A DNA stretch of 64,000 nucleotides, from positions 111,176-175,175 of the forward strand of contig CAWDUG010000010.1 in assembly GCA_963805435.1 (NCBI GenBank). The letters are read 5' to 3'. Positions 10,004-18,731 of this stretch are shown in pieces. The notes beneath the pieces were generated by a model that saw only the letters and a program-made list of their open reading frames with translations, was not told where the DNA came from and searched no databases. Position 1 is the first letter of the stretch, and every line of letters starts with the position of its first letter. The stretch is from an uncultured Gammaproteobacteria bacterium. GTDB lineage: Bacteria; Pseudomonadota; Gammaproteobacteria; Steroidobacterales; Rariloculaceae. Made by a program: the position numbers and the translations under genes.

Positions 10004-11419
10004 TCAGCCTTGCTCCGCACCGGGGGCAGGCGCGTTGAGAACGTCGGCTTCGGCCCGGATGCTGTACTTGGCCATCAGGTCGTACAGCGTGGGCCGCGTG
10101 ATGCCGAGAATTTCGGCCGTTCGGGAAATGTTGCCGGAGGCGCGCACCAGCGCCTGTCGAATCGCCAGCGTCTCGGCATTCTGGCGCACGACCCGAAGAT
10201 TCAGGCTCGGTGGATTGGCTGAAACGCTCAAGCCCAGGTCCGCCGCCGTCACGAGCTTGCCGTCGGCCATGATCACGGCGCCCTTGATCTTGTTCTCCAT
10301 CTCGCGGACGTTGCCCGGCCACGCATACGCCTCGATCGCGTCGTGCGCGTCGTCGGTAAAGCCCTTGATGCCACTGCCCTGCTGCTTCGCGAACTTGTTC
10401 AGCAGGAACCGCGCGAGCAGCAACCGCCCGCCCTCGCGCTCACGGAGCGGCGGGATCTCGATCGTGATCTCGGCGATTCGGTAGTAGAGATCGTCGCGGA
10501 ACGCATTCGTGCTCATGGCCAGTTTCAGGTTCTTGTTCGTGGCGCAAATCACTCGAACGTCGACCGGAATCTCGGTTCGGCCGCCGATACGCTCCACCGT
10601 TCGCTCCTGCAGGAACCGCAGCAGCTTGGCCTGAAGTGAGAGAGGCATGTCGCCGATCTCATCGAGGAACAGCGTGCCGCCGTTCGCCACTTCGATCTTG
10701 CCGGGGGTCTGCTTCACAGCGCCCGTGAACGCGCCTTTCTCGAAGCCGAACAGCTCGGATTCGAGCAACGTCTCCGGGATCGCGGCGCAATTGATCGCGA
10801 CGAAAGGCTTGTCGGGACGCGAGCTCAGCTGATGGAGTGCGTGCGCGAGCACTTCCTTACCGGTGCCGCTCTCGCCTTGCAGCAGTGTGGTGGCGTTCGT
10901 CGGCGCCACCTTCTCGATCGTGCGGCAAACCTTCAGCATCGCTTCCGACGCGGCGATGACCCCATCGAGCGGGGAGGCGCCAAGCGCTTCGGCCAGGCGA
11001 CGGTTTTCCGCTTCCAGCGTGTGAATCTGGTACGCCCGCTGCACGATCAGCTGCAGCGTGTCGACGTCGACGGGCTTCTGATAGAAGTCGTAAGCGCCAA
11101 GGCCCACGGCCCTGAGTGCGTTGCTCTGATCGCCGTGGCCCGTGACGACGATTACCTTGGTAAACGGTGCGAGCTGCAGGATCTCGCGCAGTGTGGCGAA
11201 CCCCTCATCGACGCCTTCGTCGTCCGGCGGCAAACCCAAGTCCTGAAGCACGACCGGGGGTTCGTGACGCCGCAACTCGCTGATCGCGCTGTGGCGATCC
11301 GTGGCCGGGATGACGTCGTAATCCTCGAAGCACCAGCGCAGCTGGCTCTGAATGCCTGGATCGTCTTCGACGATCAGCAGCTTACGGGTGATATCCGGCA
11401 CGGAAGGATGCTGCCACAA
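10004..11419 (-). CDS. prsR: PEP-CTERM-box sigma-54 response regulator PrsR
   Basis: [63 protein letters not shown]. Adjacent to a PEP-CTERM gene. The start may be GTG at 11401. Confidence 0.88.
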   Translation of the reverse strand: MWQHPSVPDITRKLLIVEDDPGIQSQLRWCFEDYDVIPATDRHSAISELRRHEPPVVLQDLGLPPDDEGVDEGFATLREILQLAPFTKVIVVTGHGDQSNALRAVGLGAYDFYQKPVDVDTLQLIVQRAYQIHTLEAENRRLAEALGASPLDGVIAASEAMLKVCRTIEKVAPTNATTLLQGESGTGKEVLAHALHQLSSRPDKPFVAINCAAIPETLLESELFGFEKGAFTGAVKQTPGKIEVANGGTLFLDEIGDMPLSLQAKLLRFLQERTVERIGGRTEIPVDVRVICATNKNLKLAMSTNAFRDDLYYRIAEITIEIPPLREREGGRLLLARFLLNKFAKQQGSGIKGFTDDAHDAIEAYAWPGNVREMENKIKGAVIMADGKLVTAADLGLSVSANPPSLNLRVVRQNAETLAIRQALVRASGNISRTAEILGITRPTLYDLMAKYSIRAEADVLNAPAPGAEQG

Positions 11420-11457
11420 ACGGCTCGGGAATTGAAAAGGACCGATTCACAGAACAC

Positions 11458-12624
11458 TCAGGCGCGATAAAACGCTGCGATCTGCCGAACCACGTGCTCG
11501 CGTTGCTCGGCCGTAAGCTCCGGGTAGATCGGAAGCGCCAGAACCTCCGCCGCGGCCGCGAGCGAATGCGGAAAATCCTCGGGCGAGTGCTCGAGGTATG
11601 CGAAGCACTGCTGGGCGTGCAGCGGCACCGGGTAGTAGATCTCCGTGCCGACGCCGTTCGCCGCGAGATGGGTGCGGAGCTCGTCGCGCCGCTGCACGCG
11701 AATCATGTATTGATTGAAAATGTGTCGATAACCCGGAGCCCGGAACGGAATGCCCACGACGTCCGCAATGCCGGCGTCGCGGATGAGCTGGTCGTAATGA
11801 TCGGCGTTGCGTTGGCGCGCGCTCGTCCAGTCCTCGAGATGCTTGAGCTTGACGAGCAGCACCGCGGCCTGCAGCTCGTCGAGCCGGAAATTGCCGCCGA
11901 CGAACGAGTGGTAGTACTTCGGCTCGCCGCCATGCACGCGCAGGATCCGCATGCGCTCGGCGAGCGCGCCGTCGTTCGTCACGCACATGCCGGCGTCGCC
12001 GAACGCACCGAGGTTCTTGGTCGGAAAGAACGACAGGCAGCCGACGTCGCCCACACTGCCGGCACGCCTGCCGTCCGGCAGCGCCGCGCCGATGGCCTGC
12101 GCCGCGTCCTCGATGACGGCGAGCCGATGGCGCTTCGCGATCGCCATGAGCTCGTCCATGGGCGCCATCTGTCCGTACAGATGCACCGGCAGCAGCGCTC
12201 TCACGACGCCGCCCGTGGCGCGATTCACGAGCCGGTCGCCGCGCTGCTCGCAGTGCCGGGCGAGTGTGGCGCGAACGGCGGCGGGATCGAGGTTGTAGGT
12301 GCGCGGATCGATGTCGCAGAACAACGGTCGTGCGCCGAGACGCGCAACGACGCCTGCGGTGGCGAAGAACGTGAACGGCGAAGTGAGGACCTCGTCGCCG
12401 GGGCCGATCCCGAGCGCCATGAGCGCGACCAGCAGCGCGTCGGTTCCAGATGAAACGCCGAGTCCGTGCCGGGTGTGGGAGTACGCCGCGACTTTGGCCT
12501 CGAGCTCGCTGACGTTCGGGCCGAGCACGAAGCGCTGCTCGTTGCAGACCTGCGCGATCGCTTGTTCAATCTCTGCGCGCAGCGGCGCGTACTGACCCTT
12601 GAGGTCGAGTAACGGTACTTGCAT
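11458..12624 (-). CDS. DegT/DnrJ/EryC1/StrS family sugar aminotransferase
   Basis: MQVPLLDLK, SSGTDAL, PVHLYGQ, IEDAAQA, SFFPTKNLGAFGDAG, NFRLDELQAA. Confidence 0.93.
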   Translation of the reverse strand: MQVPLLDLKGQYAPLRAEIEQAIAQVCNEQRFVLGPNVSELEAKVAAYSHTRHGLGVSSGTDALLVALMALGIGPGDEVLTSPFTFFATAGVVARLGARPLFCDIDPRTYNLDPAAVRATLARHCEQRGDRLVNRATGGVVRALLPVHLYGQMAPMDELMAIAKRHRLAVIEDAAQAIGAALPDGRRAGSVGDVGCLSFFPTKNLGAFGDAGMCVTNDGALAERMRILRVHGGEPKYYHSFVGGNFRLDELQAAVLLVKLKHLEDWTSARQRNADHYDQLIRDAGIADVVGIPFRAPGYRHIFNQYMIRVQRRDELRTHLAANGVGTEIYYPVPLHAQQCFAYLEHSPEDFPHSLAAAAEVLALPIYPELTAEQREHVVRQIAAFYRA

Positions 12625-13105
12625 GAGTCCTTGCCTGATGTTCCGGCCAACCGCACCGCACCCGGGCACGGCGACGCGAAGCCGTGCCCACACGCGGTCG
12701 CGCTAGTTTTAAGAGGTGCAATCGAGAGAGAGGGCGACGCTGCCTTACTCAGCGCCCCAGGAAACCGCCGCCGACAGACGGGACTACCCATGGCTTCCAT
12801 CAGGCTCCGAGCCCGACAGCGCGCCCTCGAACCAACTGGTGGGAGTGCCCTGATGTTCTCGCAGTTTGCAGGATAACCGGGCCAAGGCCGCGCCGCCAAG
12901 ACCGATTGAATAGTCTTTTATTTTCATTGGGTTATCGGAGAGATCCTAGACGGGCCACAACCCGGCCCTGGGCGACTTCGGAGCAGCTCGCGCATACGCG
13001 GCCCGAGCGTCCGCAGGGGCCCGGACCGCCAACCAAAGCCCGTCAGTTCAGGGCAAACCGGACCCTCAATCGAACCCGCCGCTCGTAGCCAATTCGCCGC
13101 GGGCT

Positions 13106-13741
13106 TCATATAAGCCGTGAGTCGCGGGCACCCAGCCGAGCGCGAACCCAGGCATCGTCCGCCGCCGTGTTCACGCTGGTGAGCACTGCGTCGTCGGCGA
13201 GCGCCAGGAACCGCGCCGGGCCCTCCTGCAGCAGGCCACGCAGGGAAACGCCCTGCTCGCCGGTCCGAACCTCGCCGAGTCGCCCAGCGGCAGCAGGCTC
13301 CCAGATCGCGCACAGCGGCTCCGGCGTGCCGTCACCGTGCCGGTAGGCCGTCGCCAGGGCCGACGGATCGCGCTGCGCCACGAGCGTCGCGAGCACCGCA
13401 GGCGTCAGCAGCGGCATATCGGCCGCGATCACGAGCCACGCCGTGCCCGGGAAGCGCCGCAGAGCAGCGGCGACACCGCTGGCCGGGCCCGCGCTGGCGC
13501 CAGCGTCGACGATCATCGGCAGCCCGCGGTACGGCGCGGCGTCGGCCTGCTCCGGCCGCACCGAGACGAATGCCGCGGGGCAGCAGCGCTCGAGCAGCCG
13601 CAGACCCCAGGCCGCCTGGGGCAACCCGTGATAGTCGAGCTCACCCTTGTCGCGCCCGAGGCGGGTGCCACGCCCGCCGGCCAGAACCAGGCCATAGACC
13701 GGGCTGTGTGGATCGAGCGGCGGCAGAGCAGTTTCGGTCAT
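13106..13741 (-). CDS. mobA: Molybdenum cofactor guanylyltransferase MobA-like nucleotidyltransferase
   Basis: GLVLAGGRGTRLGRDKG, GPASG, AADMP, PEPLCAIWE, SVNT. Start set at ATG 13741 because the longer ORF-track N-terminus overlaps the HDOD gene. Confidence 0.8.
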   Translation of the reverse strand: MTETALPPLDPHSPVYGLVLAGGRGTRLGRDKGELDYHGLPQAAWGLRLLERCCPAAFVSVRPEQADAAPYRGLPMIVDAGASAGPASGVAAALRRFPGTAWLVIAADMPLLTPAVLATLVAQRDPSALATAYRHGDGTPEPLCAIWEPAAAGRLGEVRTGEQGVSLRGLLQEGPARFLALADDAVLTSVNTAADDAWVRARLGARDSRLI

Positions 13742-13811
13742 TCCAGCTTCAAGGTATCCGAACAGCGGTCGATACGGTAAGGCAGTGGCTTTGCCGGGGA
13801 GAGGATTTGTT

Positions 13812-14636
13812 ATGTCAAGTACGGCACAAGCCGTGGGTTTCAGCTTCGTCGAACGCCTCGCCCAGGATTTGCGCGACGAGCGACTCGAGTTACCCGCCTT
13901 TCCGGAAGCGGTGCTGCGCATCCAGCGTGCGCTGCAGTCGGCCGATACCAGCACCGACGACATCGTCCGTATCTTGAGCTCCGAGCCCGCGCTCGCCGCC
14001 CGCCTGCTGCGGATCGCGAACTCGGCGGAGTTCCGCCGGGCAGACGCGAACATCACGGATCTGCGCAAGGCCGTGAGCCGCATGGGCTTCAACATGGTGC
14101 GCAGCGTGGCCGTCGCGTTCGCGATGCGCCAACTGCGCACCAAGGACACGTACTCGCCGGCCGCGAAGGCCGAGCTCGAGCGTGCGTGGGCGGACAGCCT
14201 CGACACGTCGGCGATGTGCTTCGTGATCGCCAAGCGCTTCACGAAGGTGAGCCCGGACCAGGCGTTGTTGATCGGCCTGCTGCACGTGCTGGGACGCCTG
14301 TACATCATCATGCGCTCGAAGGATTCACCCGAGCTCAGCGACGCGGCACTGCGCGAGATCATCGACGGCTGGCACGCGAACATCGGCAAAGCGATCATCG
14401 AAACGTGGGGGCTGCCGGAGACGCTGCAAAACGCCGTGGAGCACCAGGACGCGTTCGAGACCGACTTCGAGGGCGACGTCTCACTCGCCGACGTGCTCGT
14501 GGCCGCGAAGCTCGTGCAACGCGGCGAGACGGAGCTCGCGCGCTACCCGTCGCTGCATCGCGTCGGCATCGCTCCGGGCGACATGGACAAGTACACGGAC
14601 GAGATCAAGGCCGTTCGCAGCTCGCTGAGCGAGTAG
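13812..14636 (+). CDS. HDOD domain signal-transduction protein
   Basis: LELPAFPEAVLRI, EPALAARLLRIANS, AVSRMG, GLLHVLGRL, WGLP. Confidence 0.88.
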   Translation: MSSTAQAVGFSFVERLAQDLRDERLELPAFPEAVLRIQRALQSADTSTDDIVRILSSEPALAARLLRIANSAEFRRADANITDLRKAVSRMGFNMVRSVAVAFAMRQLRTKDTYSPAAKAELERAWADSLDTSAMCFVIAKRFTKVSPDQALLIGLLHVLGRLYIIMRSKDSPELSDAALREIIDGWHANIGKAIIETWGLPETLQNAVEHQDAFETDFEGDVSLADVLVAAKLVQRGETELARYPSLHRVGIAPGDMDKYTDEIKAVRSSLSE

Positions 14637-14655
14637 GACGCGCGCCGCGGCGGGC

Positions 14656-16082
14656 TCAGCCGGCGGGCTGCGCGGCCGTCTGCTGAATGTAGTCGAGGGC
14701 GCGGTCGATTCGCGTCAACGTCCGCTGCCGGCCGAGCAGCTTCAGCGTCACGCCGATGCCGGGCGACGCCGTATCACCCGTCACCGCTACGCGTAACGGC
14801 TGGGCGACCTTGCCGAGCCCGACGCCAGCCGTGGCTGCAACGCTCTCGACTACCGCCTGCGTCGCACTCTCCGTCCAGTCCGGTAGCGCCTCGAGGCCGC
14901 CGCGGACACCCCGCAACAGGTCGGCGGCGGGTGCCTGCAGCTGCTTCGCGGCCGCCTTCGGCTCGTAGGCCAGGTCGTCGGCGAGATATACGTGCACGCG
15001 CTCGGCCATCTCGCGCAGCGTCTTCGCGCGCTCCCGAAACGCATCGACCAGAGGCACGAGCGTTTCAGCGTCGGCAGCGACGCCGGATCCGAGCAGCTGT
15101 TCGCGGACTCCCTCGGCGAGGCGTTCCGCCGGAGCGCTCTTCATATAGTGCTGATTCAGCCAATTCAGCTTTTCGACATCGAAGCGCGCCATCGAGCGCT
15201 GCACGCTCGACAGATCGAACAGCGCGATCATCTCGTCGCGGCTGAAGACCTCCTGGTCGCCGTGCGACCAGCCGAGGCGCACGAGATAGTTCAGCAGCGC
15301 CTCCGGCAAGTACCCCTGCTCGCGATACTCGAGCACGCTGACCGCGCCGTGCCGCTTCGACAGCTTCGCGCCATCGGGGCCCGCGATCATCGGAATGTGT
15401 GCGTAGTGCGGCGCCGGCAACTTCAGCGCGCGGAAGATGTTGATGTGCCGCGGCGTGTTGTTCAGGTGATCGTCGCCGCGGATGACGTGCGTCATCTGCA
15501 TGTCGGCGTCGTCCACGACCACGCCGAAGTGGTACGTCGGCGTGCCGTCGGAGCGCAGGATCACGAGATCGTCGAGCTCGCTGTTCTCGAACACGACCGG
15601 GCCGTGCACGAGGTCCTCGACGACGACCTGCCCTTCGCGTAGGCTGGCGGAAGCGCACGGCGTGCGGCACGCCCTCGGCGGCGCGGCGCGCGATCGCGGC
15701 AACGACCGTCGTAGCGCGGCTTCTCGCCGCGCGCGGTTTGCTCGGCGCGCATCTTCGCGAGCTCGTCGGGCGTGCAGTAGCAGCGGTACGCGAGGCCGCT
15801 CGCGATCATCTGCGCTGCGACTTCGCGATAGCGATCGAACCGGCGGCTCTGGAAGTACGGGCCCTCGTCGTCGTCGATGCCGAGCCAGGCGAAGCCGTCG
15901 AGGATGACCTGCACCGCTTCGTCGGTGGAACGCTCGCGGTCGGTGTCCTCGATGCGCAGCAGGTACTGGCCGCCGTGGCGGCGGGCGTAGAGCCAGGAGA
16001 ACAGCGCCGTGCGGACGCCGCCGATGTGCAGGGCGCCGGTGGGGCTCGGGGCGAAGCGGGTACGGACGAGAGAATGAGTCAT
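14656..16082 (-). CDS. gltX: Glutamate--tRNA ligase (two apparent frameshifts near 15640-15700)
   Basis: [16 protein letters not shown] (HIGH), [32 protein letters not shown]. The pieces lie in three frames (15561-16136, 15065-15670, 14656-15702). Confidence 0.93.
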
Positions 16083-16119
16083 GGCGTGCGGGATTTGAAA
16101 GTGATGGTCAGACAGGTGC

Positions 16120-17223
16120 TTGCACGATTTTCCCACAAAAACGGCTCGTACTGCGCTTGATCCCTTCCGTCACTTCCGCGAGAAACGCGGCATGGGCACG
16201 ACGAGGCTCCAAGGTCCGCACCCGCCCAAAGTCGGTCAGCCGCTGACCGTGCGAGCGGCAATCACGAGCTACCTGGCTGATCGTGCAGCCGAGGGCCAGA
16301 GCACGGCCCGCGCCGCCCAGCAGCTCAAAGCGCACGTGCTGCCGCGGTGGGGCGACTGGCCGATCGCAGCGCTGACCGCGGTGGAACTAAAGCGCTGGCG
16401 CGACGAGCTCGCCGCCACCGCACCGCGGCGGCGGCGGCCCGCAAACTCACCTCCGCGACAAGCCAAGCGGCTCGACACCGAAGACGCTGAGCGGCGCCGC
16501 CGCCGGCGTAGCACCGTGAACCGAATCACAACCACCTTCAAAGCCGTCCTTAACCACGCCGAGCGCATGTACCCGACAGAGTGGGCGAGCAACGCAGCCT
16601 GGCGCGTGGGTCTGCAAGCCTTTCGCCATGTCGACGCCGCGCGGGAGCGCTGGCTCAATCATGAAGAGGCCGTCCGGTTGCTTCGGGCCTGCGCCCCTGA
16701 CTTTCGCAGTCTCGTTCAGGCGGCGCTCTACACGGGGTGCCGCTACGGCGAACTTTGCCGCGCCGCGGTCGGCGATTTCAAAGCGGCACGAAAGACGCTA
16801 AGAATTGCAGTCACCAAAACCGGCCGCGGCCGTGACGTATTCCTAAATGAAGAAGCTGCTGGCTTCTTCGCCAGCCTCGTCAGGGACAAGATGCCTGCCG
16901 ACCGACTGCTTACGCGTGTCGACCGAGATCGCGGAATCGCCTGCCCATGGGGGACCTCCCACCAAGCGCGGCGCATCGCGCTCGCGTGCAAGCGCGCTGG
17001 AATCCACCCGCCGATTTCGTTTCATGGCTTGCGCCACACCTATGCAAGCCTAGCCGTGGAATCTGGCATGACGCTTCTCGCCCTCGCTCGCAACCTCGGG
17101 CATACCGACACGCGAATGGTCGAACGCCACTATGGGCACCTGTCGGATCGGTATCTGCGCGACCAGGTGGAGCGCTTTGCACCGAAGCTTGGAACCCGGT
17201 TGATACGAGAGCCGCCAGGTTGA
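16120..17223 (+). CDS. Tyrosine recombinase/phage-type integrase
   Basis: Catalytic residues present: TGCRYGEL (R), TKTG (K), FHGLRHT (HxxR), LGH, HYG (Y). Start uncertain (TTG 16120 or ATG 16192). Confidence 0.9.
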   Translation: MHDFPTKTARTALDPFRHFREKRGMGTTRLQGPHPPKVGQPLTVRAAITSYLADRAAEGQSTARAAQQLKAHVLPRWGDWPIAALTAVELKRWRDELAATAPRRRRPANSPPRQAKRLDTEDAERRRRRRSTVNRITTTFKAVLNHAERMYPTEWASNAAWRVGLQAFRHVDAARERWLNHEEAVRLLRACAPDFRSLVQAALYTGCRYGELCRAAVGDFKAARKTLRIAVTKTGRGRDVFLNEEAAGFFASLVRDKMPADRLLTRVDRDRGIACPWGTSHQARRIALACKRAGIHPPISFHGLRHTYASLAVESGMTLLALARNLGHTDTRMVERHYGHLSDRYLRDQVERFAPKLGTRLIREPPG

Positions 17224-17226
17224 TTG

Positions 17227-17252
17227 GTATAGTTTTGGTATATTAACTATAC
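17227..17252 (+). promoter_or_regulatory. Palindromic operator/promoter of brnTA
   Basis: Perfect 8-bp inverted repeat GTATAGTT-N10-AACTATAC in an AT-rich patch 25 bp upstream of the toxin gene. Confidence 0.65.
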
Positions 17253-17277
17253 TTGAGGTCGCGACGCAGGACATACG

Positions 17278-17559
17278 GTGGACTTCGAATACGATCCCAA
17301 CAAGAGTGCCGAGAACAAGCGCAAGCACGACATTGATTTCGAAGACGCGCAGGCGCTGTGGCTCGATGCCGCGCGGGTTGAAATCCCGGCGCGGGTGACC
17401 GATGAGCCGCGGTGGGTCGTGATCGGACGAATCGCGGGTAAGCACTGGTCGGCCGTCATTACCCGCCGAAACGATGACATTCGCTTGATTTCGGTTCGAC
17501 GGTCGCGAGATGAAGAGGTGGCAATCTATGAAAGCACGAGTGAAAGCAGCGACCTTTGA
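17278..17559 (+). CDS. brnT: BrnT family ribonuclease toxin
   Basis: FEYDPNKSAENKRKHDIDFEDAQALW...EPRWVVIG...IRLISVRR. Confidence 0.9.
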   Translation: MDFEYDPNKSAENKRKHDIDFEDAQALWLDAARVEIPARVTDEPRWVVIGRIAGKHWSAVITRRNDDIRLISVRRSRDEEVAIYESTSESSDL

Positions 17560-17764
17560 TCGCAAATTCGACGCCGGCGAGCAGGTCACGGATCTGCTTG
17601 ATCTGAGTCAGGCACGGCGTCCGGGCGTGGCCGCTAAGCGCGTCAACGTGGATTTTCCAGAGTGGATGGTACAGTCAATCGACCGGGAGGCACGCCGCTT
17701 AGGCGTTACCCGGCAATCGCTGATCAAGATGTGGCTAGCGGATCGGCTGCAACAGGCGCACTGA
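17528..17764 (+). CDS. brnA: BrnA/CopG-type RHH antitoxin
   Basis: FDRKFDAGE...KRVNVDFPEWMVQSIDREARRLGVTRQSLIKMWLADRL. Overlaps the toxin 3' end. Confidence 0.88.
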   Translation: MKARVKAATFDRKFDAGEQVTDLLDLSQARRPGVAAKRVNVDFPEWMVQSIDREARRLGVTRQSLIKMWLADRLQQAH

Positions 17765-17775
17765 CCGAAAAAATG

Positions 17776-17851
17776 TGGCGTCCCCAGGGGGATTCGAACC
17801 CCCGTTACCGCCGTGAAAGGGCGATGTCCTAGGCCTCTAGACGATGGGGAC
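17776..17851 (-). tRNA. tRNA-Glu (TTC)
   Basis: Reverse complement GTCCCCATCGTCTAGAGGCCTAGGACATCGCCCTTTCACGGCGGTAACGGGGGTTCGAATCCCCCTGGGGACGCCA: 76 nt with CCA end. Confidence 0.97.
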
Positions 17852-17884
17852 GGGTTAGCGTCTCTTGCGACGATACGCGGGAGT

Positions 17885-17960
<76 letters not shown>

Positions 17961-17981
17961 ACGTACTTTCTCCGGCTGCGC

Positions 17982-18010
17982 AGTCTAGGGACCACGCGCA
18001 GGTCGGTCAA
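17982..18010 (-). promoter_or_regulatory. Sigma-70 promoter of the tRNA operon
   Basis: Minus strand TTGACC-17 bp-TAGACT followed by a GC-rich discriminator (gcgcagcc). Confidence 0.7.
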
Positions 18011-18731
18011 CAAATGCCGCTCCGCCGCCGCGCCTCGGCATGTCTAAGTCCTGAGTACTACCAGCGTTCGAACAGCCATCGTTGCCGCACCGACCAACGG
18101 CCGTCCCGGTTTTGCCAGGGCTGCCAGCTAGGCCCAATCTCCAATGCTCGGTCGGCCACGCTGGGGCTAATCGTGGGTCGCCCGACTGACGCCCCCAGTG
18201 TATCGCCTCATAGCCGTTGCGATGCTCGTGACGAAACCGACAGGCCAAATTCGCGACTTCGGCTATTCGCCAGCACGAGTCCACCTGTCTGTTAGGTCTA
18301 CAGAGGACGCCCTCTCGAACGGGAGCGCGCGCGCCTCATCATAAACGCACGTAAAGGGCCTAGGTTGGACGAAAGCAAACCGACGATTGGTCGGGTCGCT
18401 CGCATCCGAGTGACTCCGTCGTCATTCGGCGACAGTGCGCCAAAGCGTTGCCGGAGTCGTATCCTGCTTTGTGCGTCGTATCACAAAAGACGAGATTCGT
18501 CGTGTTTATGTGCGGTGTCGCACGGATGCTCGTGTTGACGCGCTGCAGATTGCCGTCGACGATTTTCAACGTCGAAGAAGGAATGGAAACGCGATGACCA
18601 ACATGGGGCAGGGTTCCGATTTGGCATCCGATCGCGGAAAAGCGCAAAGGTGTGAGAGACGCGAGGAATCCAGCGTCGTGATCACCCCATGCTCCCGAAA
18701 AGTATTCATCGCCGCGAGCAGTCCAGAAACC

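Larger units (their letters stand above)
16083..17775. mobile_element. Minimal or remnant integrative element (integrase + BrnTA) at the tRNA-Glu 3' end
   Basis: Integrase and TA pair sit between the tRNA-Glu CCA end (17776) and the gltX start (16082), on the opposite strand to both. Confidence 0.6.

Noticed and set aside
12625-13105. ops/JUMPStart element or sigma-54 promoter upstream of the DegT gene
   Set aside because: No GGCGGTAG match, and the best GG...GC candidate has 12-bp spacing; only a weak hairpin and an AT-rich patch are present.
13742-14398. N-terminal extension making MobA a 430-aa fusion
   Set aside because: The extension is the antisense of the HDOD gene; MobA motifs begin after ATG 13741.
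18370-18410. c-di-GMP-I riboswitch-like GCAAACC hairpin
   Set aside because: No GNRA tetraloop and no GACGCAAAG or receptor stem; only a short ccgac/gtcgg stem. An Infernal search would be needed to reconsider it.
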